Shown: positions 1 through 10,564, numbered from the stretch's first letter. The stretch: DNA of 64,000 nt from Terriglobia bacterium (GCA_963748015.1 CAVVHE010000004.1:128001-192000); one strand, 5' to 3'. Notes: generated from the sequence alone by a model not told the origin. Program-made: numbers and translations.

Positions 1-2
1 GC

Positions 3-407
3 GTGCCGACCCGCGGCAAGGTGGTCATCGGGACGATCCAGGGAGACCTGCACGACATCGGGAAGAGCCTCGTGGGGATCATGCTCCGGGGGGCGGGGTT
101 CGAGGTGATCGATCTCGGGCACGACGTGTCCCCCGAGCGCTTCGTGGACGTCGCGGAGCGGGAAGGCGCGGGGGTCGTCGGCATGTCGGCGCTCCTCACG
201 ACCACGATGCAGGGGATGGCGAAGGTGGTGGACCTGCTGCGCCGCCGCGGGCTGGCGGGGAAGATCAAGACCATCGTCGGCGGCGCCCCGGTGTCGGACG
301 AGTTCGCGCGCGAGATCGGGGCCGACGCGCACGGCTACGATGCGGCGAATGCGGTGGAGCGCGTCTCCGGGCTGTTCGAGGCGATCCGCGGTGCGCGGGC
401 TTCCTGA
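3..407 (+). CDS. Cobalamin-binding (corrinoid) protein, MetH B12-binding module; probably 5'-truncated by the window edge
   Basis: GTIQGDLHDIGK (DxHxxG B12 motif), GFEVIDLG, MSALLTTT, VGGAP. Confidence 0.9.
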   Translation: MPTRGKVVIGTIQGDLHDIGKSLVGIMLRGAGFEVIDLGHDVSPERFVDVAEREGAGVVGMSALLTTTMQGMAKVVDLLRRRGLAGKIKTIVGGAPVSDEFAREIGADAHGYDAANAVERVSGLFEAIRGARAS

Positions 408-1284
408 GCGGCTCGCCGCGGGCGAGGTCCTGGTGGCGGACGGCGCGATGGGCACCATGCTCATGGCGCGCGGCCTGACCCCCGGAGCCTGCCCCGAGGC
501 GATCGCCCTCCATCGTCCCGGCCTTCTCGAGGAAGTCGCGGCGCTCTTCGCGGCCGCCGGGGCCGATCTCGTCCAGGCCAACACCTTCGGCGCTTCGCCC
601 CTCAAACTGGCGCTATACGGGCTCGACGGGCGCGCGGCGGAGATCAACGCGCGGGCCGTCGAGGCCGCGCGGAAGGGGGCCGCGGGCCGCGCGCTCGTGT
701 ACGGCTCCGTCGGACCGTCGGGGCGGCTGCTCGAGCCGTACGGCGACGCGTCCGAGGAGGCGGTGCTGGCGAGCTTCGCGGTGCAGGCCCGCGCCCTCGC
801 GGACTCCGGTGTCGACGCCATCGTCGTCGAGACGATGACCGACGCCACGGAGGCCGCGCTGGCGGTCCGCGCAGCCAAGGACGCCGCGCCGGCCGTTCCC
901 GTCGTCGCGACCATGACCTTCGACCGCACGCCGCGGGGGTTCTTCACGATCATGGGGGTGACCGTCGAGCGGGCATGCCGGGTCCTCGAGGAGGCCGGTG
1001 CCGACGCGGTCGGCTCGAACTGCGGGAACGGCAGCGACGCGATGGTGGAGATCGCCGCAGAGTTCCGCCGGCACTCGACGAAGCCCGTCGCGATCCAGTC
1101 GAACGCCGGCCTCCCCCGGATGACCGCGGCCGGGCTCGTCTACCCGGAAGGTCCCGGCTACATGGCGGACAGGGTCCGCACCCTGATCGGTCTCGGCGTG
1201 GCGATCGTGGGAGGGTGCTGCGGGACCGGCCCGGAGCACGTTCGCGCCTTCCGCGAGGCGGTGGACCGTCGCGGGGGCGCCTGA
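391..1284 (+). CDS. Homocysteine S-methyltransferase family protein (stand-alone MetH Hcy-binding module)
   Basis: DGAMGT, ANTFGA, GSNCG and GGCCGT (Zn-binding Cys). GTG at 391 chosen because it overlaps the end of the previous gene. Confidence 0.9.
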   Translation: MRGLPERLAAGEVLVADGAMGTMLMARGLTPGACPEAIALHRPGLLEEVAALFAAAGADLVQANTFGASPLKLALYGLDGRAAEINARAVEAARKGAAGRALVYGSVGPSGRLLEPYGDASEEAVLASFAVQARALADSGVDAIVVETMTDATEAALAVRAAKDAAPAVPVVATMTFDRTPRGFFTIMGVTVERACRVLEEAGADAVGSNCGNGSDAMVEIAAEFRRHSTKPVAIQSNAGLPRMTAAGLVYPEGPGYMADRVRTLIGLGVAIVGGCCGTGPEHVRAFREAVDRRGGA

Positions 1285-1293
1285 CCCGCCGGC

Positions 1294-1554
1294 CTACTTC
1301 TTGAAATAATCCGCGTTCGTCTCGATGAAGTGCTTCCACTTCTCCGGGACGTTTTCCACCTCGAAGATCGCCTGGACCGGACAGGCCGGCTCGCAGGCGC
1401 CGCAGTCGATGCACTCGACGGGGTCGATGTAGAGCATCTCCGCGGTCTCGAAGTCCGGGTCCTTCTTCGTGGGGTGAATGCAGTCCACCGGGCACACGTC
1501 CACGCAAGCGGTGTCCTTGGTCCCGATGCACGGCTCGGCGATGATGAAAGCCAT
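1294..1554 (-). CDS. Dicluster 4Fe-4S/3Fe-4S ferredoxin
   Basis: CIGTKDTACVDVCPVDCI and CIDCGACEPACP motifs; GGAGAG RBS. Confidence 0.95.
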   Translation of the reverse strand: MAFIIAEPCIGTKDTACVDVCPVDCIHPTKKDPDFETAEMLYIDPVECIDCGACEPACPVQAIFEVENVPEKWKHFIETNADYFKK

Positions 1555-1767
1555 TGATCTCTCTCCCTGCTGAAGGATCGCGAAGGCGACCTAGCGCCCC
1601 AAGTGTAGCGCGACTCTCCCGCACGGCACGCATCCGATCCGACCGGGGTCCAGCCCCGCGTGCCGTTTCGTGACCGGCGTCAAGCGGCGTTTCGGGGGCC
1701 GAGCGGGGGCCAATCGCCGCGGCATTGGGTGGTATCCTGGCCTGCACGGCGGGAAGAGGAGCGCATC

Positions 1768-3417
1768 GTGAGCCTGACACTGCGTCGGTCGAACCGGATC
1801 GAGCCGAGCCGCGGGCCGGTCCTCCTGGTGGTGCTCGACGGCATCGGCCTCGGCGCGCGAGACGAGTGGGACGCCGTCGCCCTCGCGCGGACGCCGGCGC
1901 TCGACGGCCTGATGGCGACGGCTCCGTGGCGCGCGCTGAAGGCGCACGGCGCCGCGGTGGGGCTCCCGTCCGACGAAGACATGGGGAACTCGGAGGTCGG
2001 CCACAACGCGCTGGGCGCCGGACGGATCGTGGACCAGGGGGCGAAGCTCGTCAATCGCGCCGTGGCCGACGGGTCGATCTTCCGGAGCGAGACGTGGGGG
2101 AAGATCGCGTCTCGCTGCAGGGCGGGGGGAGCGCTGCACCTGATCGGCCTCCTCTCCGACGGCAACGTGCACAGCCACGAGAATCACCTCCACGCCCTCA
2201 TCGGCCGGGCTTTCGAGGAGGGGTTCCCGCGGGTATTCGTGCACCCGCTGCTCGACGGGAGGGACGTGCCGCAGACCTCGGCGCTGGTCTACGTCGACCG
2301 CCTCGAGGAGCGCCTGGGGAGCTACGACGGTCGCGAGGGCAGGCGCTACCGGATAGCCTCGGGCGGCGGCCGCATGATCACCACCATGGACCGTTACGAT
2401 GCCGACTGGAGCATCGTCGCGCGGGGCTACGCCGCGCACGTCCACGGCGTCGGCCGGCGGTTCGCCTCCGCTCGCGAGGCGATCGAGACCTTCCGCGCGG
2501 AGCAGGCGGGGATCAGCGACCAGTTCCTCCCGCCGTTCGTCGTCGCGGAGGAGCAGCGGCCGGTCGGCCCGGTGCTGGACGGCGACGCGGTCGTGTTCTT
2601 CAACTTCCGGGGGGACCGCGCGATCGAGATCAGCCGCGCGTTCGACGAGGGGGACGCGTTCGACAGGTTCGACCGCGGGCGGCGCCCCGAGGTCCTCTAC
2701 GCCGGCATGACGCTGTACGACGGCGACCTCGGCATTCCCAAGAGCTACCTGGTCGAGCCTCCCGCCATCGACCGGACGATCGGCGAGTATCTCGCCCGGG
2801 CAGGCGTCACGCAGTTCGCCCTCTCGGAGACGCAGAAGTACGGTCACGTGACCTATTTCTGGAACGGGAACCGCGGCGGGAAGTTCGACCCCGCGACGGA
2901 GACCTACCTCGAGATCCCCTCGGACCGGGTCCCCTTCGAGCAGCGCCCCTGGATGAAGGCGGCCGAGATCGCCGACGCGACGCTCGACGCGCTGGCGTCC
3001 GGGCGCCACCGTTTCTGCCGCATCAACTTCGCCAACGGGGACATGGTGGGCCACAGCGGGCAGCTCCTGCCCACGATCGTCGCGGTGGAGGCGGTGGACC
3101 TCTGCCTGGCCAGGATCGTCCGCGGGATCGGATCGGTCGATGGGACGCTCGTGGTCCTGGCCGACCACGGCAACGCCGACGACATGGTGGAGCGGGACCG
3201 CACGGGGCTTCCGCTCCGGGACGAGGCCGGGATCCCCAAGTACCGCACCAGTCACAGCCTGAATCCCGTTCCGTTCATCGTCTGGCGCGCGAAGGGTCCG
3301 TCCCCGGCGCTCCGGCAGGATCTGCCGGGGGCAGGCCTGGCCAACGTCGCCGCCACCCTGCTGGAGCTGCTGGGGTTCGAGCCACCCGCCGACTACCTGC
3401 CCTCGCTCCTCGCCTGA
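1768..3417 (+). CDS. gpmI: 2,3-bisphosphoglycerate-independent phosphoglycerate mutase
   Basis: LDG, MGNSEVGH (catalytic Ser), DGNVHSH, DGRD, FNFRGDR, NGDMVGH, ADHGN; GAGGAG RBS before GTG 1768. Confidence 0.95.
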   Translation: MSLTLRRSNRIEPSRGPVLLVVLDGIGLGARDEWDAVALARTPALDGLMATAPWRALKAHGAAVGLPSDEDMGNSEVGHNALGAGRIVDQGAKLVNRAVADGSIFRSETWGKIASRCRAGGALHLIGLLSDGNVHSHENHLHALIGRAFEEGFPRVFVHPLLDGRDVPQTSALVYVDRLEERLGSYDGREGRRYRIASGGGRMITTMDRYDADWSIVARGYAAHVHGVGRRFASAREAIETFRAEQAGISDQFLPPFVVAEEQRPVGPVLDGDAVVFFNFRGDRAIEISRAFDEGDAFDRFDRGRRPEVLYAGMTLYDGDLGIPKSYLVEPPAIDRTIGEYLARAGVTQFALSETQKYGHVTYFWNGNRGGKFDPATETYLEIPSDRVPFEQRPWMKAAEIADATLDALASGRHRFCRINFANGDMVGHSGQLLPTIVAVEAVDLCLARIVRGIGSVDGTLVVLADHGNADDMVERDRTGLPLRDEAGIPKYRTSHSLNPVPFIVWRAKGPSPALRQDLPGAGLANVAATLLELLGFEPPADYLPSLLA

Positions 3418-3465
3418 GCACGAGCGCCGAGACGGACTTCCGAATCGGGAAGGGGACGACGCGCG

Positions 3466-3471
3466 TATAAT
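3466..3471 (+). promoter_or_regulatory. -10 element of rnhB (near-leaderless)
   Basis: Perfect TATAAT in GC-rich DNA, 11 nt before ATG 3483, with no SD sequence. Confidence 0.6.
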
Positions 3472-3482
3472 CCGCCCCGCAC

Positions 3483-4160
3483 ATGGCGACGCCGCGAGCC
3501 ACCCCCGAGCCTCGACCGTCCGCGAGCCAGAGAGCGCTCGGCCGCCTCGACGCGCTCCTCCTCAGGGAGCGCGCGCTGTGGGCCGGAGGGCTCGAGCGGG
3601 TCGCCGGCGTGGACGAGGCCGGCGTCGGACCGCTGGCCGGGCCGGTCGTCGCCGCCGCGGTCGTCTTCCCTCCCGGGACGGGGATCCCCGGGGTGAACGA
3701 CTCGAAGCGTGTCGCCCCCGCGCGGCGGGCGGAGCTCGCGGCGGAGATCCGGGAGCTGGCGCTCGCCCACGCCGTGGCGATGGCCGATCCCGGCGAGATC
3801 GACCGGCTGAACGTGTACCACGCGACCCTTCTCGCGATGCGGCGGGCGGTCGAGGGACTCGGCGTCCGTCCGGACCGCGTTCTCGTGGACGCGCGCCGGA
3901 TCCCGGGGATCGACGTTCCGCAGGAGGCGATCATCCGCGGCGACGCGTCCTGCCACGCCATCGCGGCCGCCTCCATCCTCGCGAAGGTGGCGCGGGACGC
4001 GCTCATGGCGGAGTACGAGGAGACCTACCCCGGATACGGTTTCGCCCTCCACAAGGGGTATCCCACCGAGTCGCACCGGGACGCGATCCGGCGCCTCGGG
4101 CCGTGCGCGATCCACCGGCGCTCGTTCACGCTGCTCCCGCCCCCGGGGCTTTGGGACTAG
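3483..4160 (+). CDS. rnhB: Ribonuclease HII
   Basis: GVDEAGVGPLAGPV, NDSK, IAAASILAKV, HKGYPT, HRRSF. Confidence 0.95.
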   Translation: MATPRATPEPRPSASQRALGRLDALLLRERALWAGGLERVAGVDEAGVGPLAGPVVAAAVVFPPGTGIPGVNDSKRVAPARRAELAAEIRELALAHAVAMADPGEIDRLNVYHATLLAMRRAVEGLGVRPDRVLVDARRIPGIDVPQEAIIRGDASCHAIAAASILAKVARDALMAEYEETYPGYGFALHKGYPTESHRDAIRRLGPCAIHRRSFTLLPPPGLWD

Positions 4161-4230
4161 GCCGGGGAAGCCTCCGCGCCGTGACACCCCCCACGCGCGG
4201 CGCGGCCGCCGGCCGGGGTTTCCCGCCGCG

Positions 4231-4260
4231 TTGTGACACCCTCCGTCGCTGTCCTATAAT
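4231..4260 (+). promoter_or_regulatory. Sigma70-type promoter of sucCD
   Basis: TTGTGACA at 4231-4238 and TATAAT at 4255-4260, upstream of sucC. Confidence 0.55.
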
Positions 4261-4318
4261 CCCGCGCCACGCTCGGGCTGCGGGGCTCTCGTAATTCCTC
4301 GGGACACGGAGGCGCGCG

Positions 4319-5542
4319 TTGAAGATCCACGAGTACCAGGCGAAGACCCTCTTCAGGAAACACGGCGTGCCGGTGCCGCAGGGCGAGGTCGCCTTCTCTC
4401 CCACGGAAGCCCGGGACATCGCGCGGAAGCTCGGCGGCCGGGTCGTCGTGAAAGCGCAGATCCACGCAGGCGGCCGCGGGAAGGGGACCTTCAAGCATGC
4501 CGCGACCGGAGCCGTCGTGATGCGGCCGGACGGGAGCAAGCCGCTCGGCGGCGTCGTCGTCGTGAACGGACACGACGCGGCCGAGGAGATCGCCGGGCGG
4601 ATGCTCGGCAACGTCCTCGTGACGAAACAGAGCGGGGCCGAGGGGAGAGTGGTTCGGCGCGTGCTCGTCGAGGAGGGGATGGACATCGCGCGCGAGTACT
4701 ACCTCGCGCTGCTCCTCGACCGAGCGGTCCGCTCGCTGGTGTTCATCGCGAGCGCCGAGGGGGGGACGGAGATCGAGGAGGTCGCGGCGAGCCGACCCGA
4801 GGCGATTCTTAAGGTGGCGGTGGATCCCACGGCGGGCTTCACCCCCTGGATCGGGCGCAAGATCGCGTTCGGCCTCGGAGTCCGGCCCGAGCTCGTCTCG
4901 CCGGTCGCGAAGCTCGTCGGCTCGCTGTACCAGACGCTCTCCGCGACGGATGCTTCCTTGGCCGAGATCAATCCCCTGATCGTCACGGGGGACGGCAAGG
5001 TGGTCGCCCTCGACGGCAAGATGAACCTCGACGACAACGCGATCTTCCGGCACCCCGAGATCGCGGAGATGAGGGACCTCGAAGAGGAGGACCCGCTCGA
5101 GGTCGAGGCTTCCAAGTTCGGTCTCAACTACATCAAGCTCGACGGCACGGTCGGGTGCATGGTCAACGGCGCCGGCCTCGCGATGGGGACGATGGACATC
5201 ATCAAGCACCACGGCGGGAGCCCTGCGAACTTCCTCGACGTCGGAGGCGGGGCGACCGCCGAGGCGGTCACCGCCGCGTTCGAGATCCTCATGAAGGACC
5301 GCGGTGTCAAGGCGGTCCTCGTGAACATCTTCGGCGGGATCATGCGGTGCGACCTGGTGGCCGAGGGCGTCGTCGCGGCCGCGAGGAAGGTCGGCGCGAA
5401 GGTCCCCATGGTCGTCCGGCTCGAGGGAACGAACGTCGAGAAGGGGAGAGAGATCCTGCGCGACTCCGGGCTGACCTTCCTGGTGGCGGACGGGATGAAG
5501 GACGCGGCCGAGAAGGTCGTCGCCGCCGCGGCGGGGAGGTAG
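4319..5542 (+). CDS. sucC: Succinyl-CoA ligase beta subunit
   Basis: [59 protein letters not shown] start with GGAGG RBS. Confidence 0.97.
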   Translation: MKIHEYQAKTLFRKHGVPVPQGEVAFSPTEARDIARKLGGRVVVKAQIHAGGRGKGTFKHAATGAVVMRPDGSKPLGGVVVVNGHDAAEEIAGRMLGNVLVTKQSGAEGRVVRRVLVEEGMDIAREYYLALLLDRAVRSLVFIASAEGGTEIEEVAASRPEAILKVAVDPTAGFTPWIGRKIAFGLGVRPELVSPVAKLVGSLYQTLSATDASLAEINPLIVTGDGKVVALDGKMNLDDNAIFRHPEIAEMRDLEEEDPLEVEASKFGLNYIKLDGTVGCMVNGAGLAMGTMDIIKHHGGSPANFLDVGGGATAEAVTAAFEILMKDRGVKAVLVNIFGGIMRCDLVAEGVVAAARKVGAKVPMVVRLEGTNVEKGREILRDSGLTFLVADGMKDAAEKVVAAAAGR

Positions 5543-5544
5543 CC

Positions 5545-6414
5545 ATGTCGGTCCTGGTGGGCAACGGCACCCGGCTCCTCGTGCAGGGGATCACCGGAAG
5601 GGAAGGGACGTTCCACACGCGGAAGGCGGTGGAGTACGGCACGAAGGTCGTCGCGGGGGTGACTCCCGGCAAGGGAGGATCCGAGGTGGACGGGATCCCG
5701 GTGTTCAACACCGTGGAGGACGCGGTTCGCGCGACGGGGGCCAACGCGAGCGTGATCTTCGTCGCCCCTCCCTTCGCGGCCGACGCGATCCTGGAGGCGG
5801 CCTCCGCGGGACTGCCGCTCGTCGTGTGCATCACGGAGGGGATCCCGACCCTCGACATGGTCCGCGTGATGGCGTTCCTCGAGGGGCGGAAGACGCGGCT
5901 GATCGGGCCGAACTGCCCCGGGATCATCACCCCCGGCGAGTGCAAGATCGGGATCATGCCCGGGCACATCCACAAGGCGGGACCGGTGGGCGTCGTCTCC
6001 CGCTCCGGGACGCTGACCTACGAGGCGGTGGACCAGCTGACCCGGCTCGGCATCGGTCAGTCCACCTGCGTCGGGATCGGCGGCGACCCGATTCCCGGGA
6101 CGAATTTCATCGACATGCTCGCGCTCTACCAGGCCGATCCCGCCACCCGCGCGGTGGTGCTGATCGGGGAGATCGGCGGGACCGCGGAGGAGGAGGCGGC
6201 GGCGTTCGTCAAGGAGCGCGTGACGAAGCCGGTCGTCGCGTTCATCGCCGGCCAGACGGCGCCTCCAGGCCGCAGGATGGGGCACGCGGGCGCGATCATC
6301 GCCGGCGGGAAGGGAACCGCCGCGGAGAAGATGAAGGCGCTGAAGGAGGCGGGAATCCACGTCGTGGACACCCCGGCCGCCATCGGCGAGACCGTCAAGA
6401 AGGTGCTCGGCTGA
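5545..6414 (+). CDS. sucD: Succinyl-CoA ligase alpha subunit
   Basis: [36 protein letters not shown] (phospho-His). Confidence 0.97.
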   Translation: MSVLVGNGTRLLVQGITGREGTFHTRKAVEYGTKVVAGVTPGKGGSEVDGIPVFNTVEDAVRATGANASVIFVAPPFAADAILEAASAGLPLVVCITEGIPTLDMVRVMAFLEGRKTRLIGPNCPGIITPGECKIGIMPGHIHKAGPVGVVSRSGTLTYEAVDQLTRLGIGQSTCVGIGGDPIPGTNFIDMLALYQADPATRAVVLIGEIGGTAEEEAAAFVKERVTKPVVAFIAGQTAPPGRRMGHAGAIIAGGKGTAAEKMKALKEAGIHVVDTPAAIGETVKKVLG

Positions 6415-6490
6415 TCGACGGGGGCCGGCGCCTGATTCCCGCCCGCGGCCGGCCGGCAACGACCGGGGCCCGGGCCCATCGGGGAGAAAC

Positions 6491-6919
6491 ATGACGCATC
6501 ACGTGCAGAGAACGCTGGCGATCGTCAAGCCGGACGGCGTCGAGCAGAAGGTCGTGGGGAAGGTCGTCGCCCGGATCGAGGCCGAGGGGTTCCGGATCGC
6601 CGGGCTCAGGATGATCCGGCTCGGCAAGGCCGAGGCGGAAGGGTTCTACGCCGTTCACCGGGGGAAGCCGTTCTTCTCGAGCCTGACCGCCTTCATGTCG
6701 TCCGGGCCGGCGGTGGTGATGGTGCTCGAGCGCGAGGAGGCGATCGCGAAGTGGCGCGAGCTCATGGGCGCCACGAACCCCGCCAACGCCGCGCCGGGGA
6801 CGCTCCGCAAGGAATTCGCCACGTCGGTCGAGCGGAACATCGTCCACGGCTCGGACGCCCCCGAGACCGCCGCCTTCGAGATCGCCTACTTCTTCGGCGG
6901 GGTGGACCTGTTGGGCTGA
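6491..6919 (+). CDS. ndk: Nucleoside diphosphate kinase
   Basis: [26 protein letters not shown]. Confidence 0.97.
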   Translation: MTHHVQRTLAIVKPDGVEQKVVGKVVARIEAEGFRIAGLRMIRLGKAEAEGFYAVHRGKPFFSSLTAFMSSGPAVVMVLEREEAIAKWRELMGATNPANAAPGTLRKEFATSVERNIVHGSDAPETAAFEIAYFFGGVDLLG

Positions 6920-6940
6920 AGTCGGGGGACGTCAAACAAG

Positions 6941-6973
6941 AAAAAAAGGGGGAGCCCACAGGCTCCCCCTTTC
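6941..6973 (-). terminator. Intrinsic terminator of the TonB receptor gene, possibly bidirectional with ndk
   Basis: AAAGGGGGAGCC-CACA-GGCTCCCCCTTT hairpin with an A7 run on + (U tract on -), between convergent genes. Confidence 0.8.
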
Positions 6974-6996
6974 CTATTACGACCGTACGGCTAAGG

Positions 6997-9900
6997 CTAG
7001 AAGCTCCACTTGAGCGATACCCGCGCGCTGCGCGGATTCCCGTAGCTGGTGGCCCTGCCGTAGTTGGGATTTGCCTCGGCCTGGTTGAGCTCGAGGACGT
7101 CGTCGAAGGCGTCCCCTTCCTGGGTGTTGAACACGTTGAACATGTCGAAGCCGAGGTTGAGGTTGCTGTTCTTCCACCCGGTCTTGATGTTGTACGAGAG
7201 GTGGACGTCCACGGTCGTGAAGTCGGGCATGCGGCCGCTGAAGTCCCTCTTGACGGTCGTGTAGTCGTAGAGGAACTGGGTCGTGCCGAACCGGGCGTTG
7301 ACGAGTGGGCGATCCACCGCGCCATCGGTGAGCGGATCCGGAGCGTTGTAGGTGTCGAACACGAGCTGGCCGTCCGCGACGTCGCCCGTGGAGTACTCGG
7401 TGGGCGCCGCGCCAATGCCTTTCGACAGCACGAGGAACGGATCGCCGACGGCTTCCGCGGTGGCGATGTCGTAGCGCTGGTACCACGACGCGTAGACCGG
7501 ATCGGTTCCGGGCACCTCGCCCGAGCCGGGGAGCTGGTAGAAGTCGTTCGGGTGGACGAGCTGCGGGAACCGCGGCACGCCCGTGGACCAGTTCAGCGCA
7601 GCACCGGCGCTCAGGCCGTTCTTGAACTGGTAGGTGGCGTACGCCTTGAGGTTGTGCTTCACGTCGGTGTTGAGGGGGCCGGCGATGAACTGCCCGTGCA
7701 TCAGGGGGGTGTCCGGGAAGTCGTAGAGCGAAGTGATGTTCGGGTCGTCCTGGCCGTTGTCGTTCCGGAGGAGACCCTCGTAGTTGCCGATCAGCTGGCC
7801 GTACCGGTAGGACACCCAGCCCACCCAGTTGTCGGAGAACCGCTTGTTGAAGATGACCTCGAACGCGTCGTAGTCGCGCCTCGGCTTCGGGAAATCCGGG
7901 TAGCCGGGGCCGCCGAGCTCGGCGATCGCGGAGCCGCTGTTGACCGACGGGTTACCGAGGACGTAGCTGCCGAACGCGTCGACCGCGTACGACGGGAACG
8001 GGTTGAAGGTCGGGTAGATCCCCTCGTCGTTGAGGAAGCGGTACGGCCCCCAGTACCGGTTCGCGATCGCCTCCTGCGGCACGTAGGAGAAGTCCTCGAT
8101 GACGCGGCCGATCTGCCGGTGGACGTACCGGAAGTCGACGCTCATGTTCTGGGTGACCTCGCGGGTGTAACCCAGCAGGTACTCCTCCGTGTAGGGGAGC
8201 TTCGTGTCCTGCCAGACCGACGTCGGGCTGGAGCCGACGATCGACATGCTCTGGCACGGTGCGGAGCCGCCGCCGACCGTCGGGCAGTCGCTGTCGAGTT
8301 GCTGCGTCGTCAGGGTCTTGTCCAGCCAGTTCTGGCTGATGTCCACCTCGTTCGAGAACGCGCGATAGGCGAGGTCCTGGGTCAGCCGCTGGACCATCTT
8401 CGAGTAGTTGGCATACAGCTTGTCGCGCCCGTCGCCACGAACGTCCCAGGTGACGCCGACGCGCGGCGCCCACTCCTTCGGGAACGTCATGGCCTGCGGG
8501 TCGTAGACGGTCGTGCCGGTCGGGTCCACGAACGTATCGTCCGAGACGAAGGCGAACGGCAGGACGTACGGCGAGCCGCCGGCCACGTACTCCGACGTGT
8601 ACCGCACGCCGAGCTTCAGCGTCCAGCGGGGCGTGATCGACCAGGTGTCCTGGAGGAAGAAGTTGTTCTCGGTGTTGTGCGTCTGCACCTCGACCGGGCT
8701 CGTCTTGGAGCGCTGGACCTTGTAGGTGTTCGCGCCGACGGCCGAGTTGAAGGACTCGTACAGGTACGCGCCGGTGGTGGACGGCTGGTCGAGGTACTCG
8801 CCGTTCCAGAGGTAGCTGTCGGACGCCTCGTCGTAGACCCCGATCGGGAGCTTCATCGTGTAGATCGGTCCGGTCTGCTTCCCGGACTCGGTGTAGTCCA
8901 CCTTGTCCTGCTGCCAGCCCCCCTTGATCTCGTGATTGCCGATCACGTAGGTCAGCTTGATCGCGTACTGGTCGACCGTCTCGTCGGTGTCCGGGGCGAA
9001 GCCGAGACCCCCGTAATCGATCCCCCCGGGCACGTCGAGATTGGTGATCATGTAGAGATCTTGGGCCTTCTCCTTCAGCTTGGACTTGTGCTGCGCGATA
9101 ATCGCGTCCACGAAGAAGTTCGGCGTCAGCGCGCCGGCGTACTTGAGCGACAGGTTGTCGCCGCCGTAGTCGAGCGAGGAGTATCCCTCCTCTCCGCTGC
9201 GGCGGAGCGCGCCGATCCGCTGGATGCCGTACTCGCCCGTGGAGGGATCGCCGAACGCGGTCGCCTCGAGGCGGTGGTTCGGCGTCATGTACCACGAGAA
9301 CTTCAGGGCGTAGTTGTCGTTCGAGCGCGTCCGCTCCCCGGTGCGCCCGTACGTGGTCTGGTTCGGGTCGTAGTAGACCTTGTTCCCTTCCTCGTCGAGG
9401 TAGTAGAGCGCGGTCTCATCGAGGCCGGTCCGCTGGAAGGTGGTCTTCGACTCGACCGGGTTGTAGGCGGCGTACCAGAAGAGCTTGTCCTTCATCAGCG
9501 GGCCGCCCAGCGACAGGCCGATGTCGTACCGCTGCGCGCTCGTCGCCGCGATCGCGTCGGGGAACAGCTCGACCGTCTTGTACTCCGCCTCGAACGAGGA
9601 CGGCGCTCCGTAGACCGAGATCTGGCCGGAGAGCTTGTTGCCCCCGCTCTTCACCACGGCGTTCACGACGCCGCCGGTGGCCTGGCCGAACTCGGCCTCG
9701 AAGCCGGCTTCCTTCACCTCGACCTGGTCGATGAAGTCGTTCGTCACGCCGGAACCGAGGGATCCGTAAACGCGGTTGTAGGAGCCGATGCCGCCGTAGC
9801 CGGAGTTCGTGATGTTGACCCCGTCCACGAGGTACGAGTTCTCGAGCCCCGAGGAGCCGGAGATCGAGTAGTTGCCCGCGCCGGAGCCGAGCCCGCTCAC

Positions 9901-10389
9901 CACGCCCGGCGAGAGGGTGAACATGGCCGTGAAGTTGCGGCCGAGCGGCAGGTAGTCCACGAGGTTGTTCACGGAGACCGTCGCGCCCACCGCGGTGTTC
10001 TTCATGTCCACGATCGGCGCTTCGGACGTGACCGTGACGGTCTCGACCCTGCCGGCGCTCAGCTTGAACGGCACCTGGGTGCGCTTGTTGATGTTCACCG
10101 CAACGTCGCTCTGCACCACGGTGCCGAAGCCCGGCGCCTCGGCCTTCACCGTGTACGAGCCGGCCGTCAGGGACCGGATGCTGAACCGCCCCTCGGCGTC
10201 GGTCGTCGCGGTGCGCTGCCCCTGCGGACCCGTCGCCGAGACCGTTGCCTGGGCGACCGGGTTCCCCTTGTCGTCCTTGACGACTCCCTCGATGATCCCC
10301 GTGGTCAGCTCCTGCGCGAGCGTCAGCCCGCCCAGGATGCCGACCAAGAGGGCTGCGAGGGCGACACAACCCCTAGTCCATCTCCTCAT
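6997..10389 (-). CDS. TonB-dependent receptor, Oar-like, with N-terminal carboxypeptidase-regulatory-like domain
   Basis: Signal peptide MRRWTRGCVALAALL, GIIEGVVKD...GRFSI...GSYTV, plug motifs LPLGRN and GFEAEFGQATGGVVN, FLQDTW, APRVG, C-terminal Phe; AGGAGG RBS before ATG 10389. Confidence 0.9.
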   Translation of the reverse strand: MRRWTRGCVALAALLVGILGGLTLAQELTTGIIEGVVKDDKGNPVAQATVSATGPQGQRTATTDAEGRFSIRSLTAGSYTVKAEAPGFGTVVQSDVAVNINKRTQVPFKLSAGRVETVTVTSEAPIVDMKNTAVGATVSVNNLVDYLPLGRNFTAMFTLSPGVVSGLGSGAGNYSISGSSGLENSYLVDGVNITNSGYGGIGSYNRVYGSLGSGVTNDFIDQVEVKEAGFEAEFGQATGGVVNAVVKSGGNKLSGQISVYGAPSSFEAEYKTVELFPDAIAATSAQRYDIGLSLGGPLMKDKLFWYAAYNPVESKTTFQRTGLDETALYYLDEEGNKVYYDPNQTTYGRTGERTRSNDNYALKFSWYMTPNHRLEATAFGDPSTGEYGIQRIGALRRSGEEGYSSLDYGGDNLSLKYAGALTPNFFVDAIIAQHKSKLKEKAQDLYMITNLDVPGGIDYGGLGFAPDTDETVDQYAIKLTYVIGNHEIKGGWQQDKVDYTESGKQTGPIYTMKLPIGVYDEASDSYLWNGEYLDQPSTTGAYLYESFNSAVGANTYKVQRSKTSPVEVQTHNTENNFFLQDTWSITPRWTLKLGVRYTSEYVAGGSPYVLPFAFVSDDTFVDPTGTTVYDPQAMTFPKEWAPRVGVTWDVRGDGRDKLYANYSKMVQRLTQDLAYRAFSNEVDISQNWLDKTLTTQQLDSDCPTVGGGSAPCQSMSIVGSSPTSVWQDTKLPYTEEYLLGYTREVTQNMSVDFRYVHRQIGRVIEDFSYVPQEAIANRYWGPYRFLNDEGIYPTFNPFPSYAVDAFGSYVLGNPSVNSGSAIAELGGPGYPDFPKPRRDYDAFEVIFNKRFSDNWVGWVSYRYGQLIGNYEGLLRNDNGQDDPNITSLYDFPDTPLMHGQFIAGPLNTDVKHNLKAYATYQFKNGLSAGAALNWSTGVPRFPQLVHPNDFYQLPGSGEVPGTDPVYASWYQRYDIATAEAVGDPFLVLSKGIGAAPTEYSTGDVADGQLVFDTYNAPDPLTDGAVDRPLVNARFGTTQFLYDYTTVKRDFSGRMPDFTTVDVHLSYNIKTGWKNSNLNLGFDMFNVFNTQEGDAFDDVLELNQAEANPNYGRATSYGNPRSARVSLKWSF

Positions 10390-10549
10390 GATTTCCTCCT
10401 GTCTATGGAAGCGAGAAGCCATCTCCGCGTTGCCGGAGCACCGACTTCCCCGCGGCGCACGCCGCAAAGAGTGGACGGTCTCAAGGTGCCTCCTCCTGGA
10501 ACCTGTAGACCTGGCCGATGGCAAACCGCCCCCGGCTGCCGCGGAATGC

Positions 10550-10564
10550 AGCAAGAAGCATTCC
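10550..10564 (-). promoter_or_regulatory. Putative sigma54 (-24/-12) promoter of the TonB receptor
   Basis: Minus strand GGAATGCTTCTTGCT = GG-N10-GC with TTGCT; IHF-like GATCAATGAGTTA at 10593-10605. Confidence 0.5.

Noticed and set aside
10395..10470. Possible cobalamin riboswitch in the receptor leader (GGGGAAGTCGGTG...CCGGC on -)
   Set aside because: Lacks the T-loop, the CCCGCnACTGT segment and the B12 box. An Infernal search with the Rfam cobalamin models would settle it.
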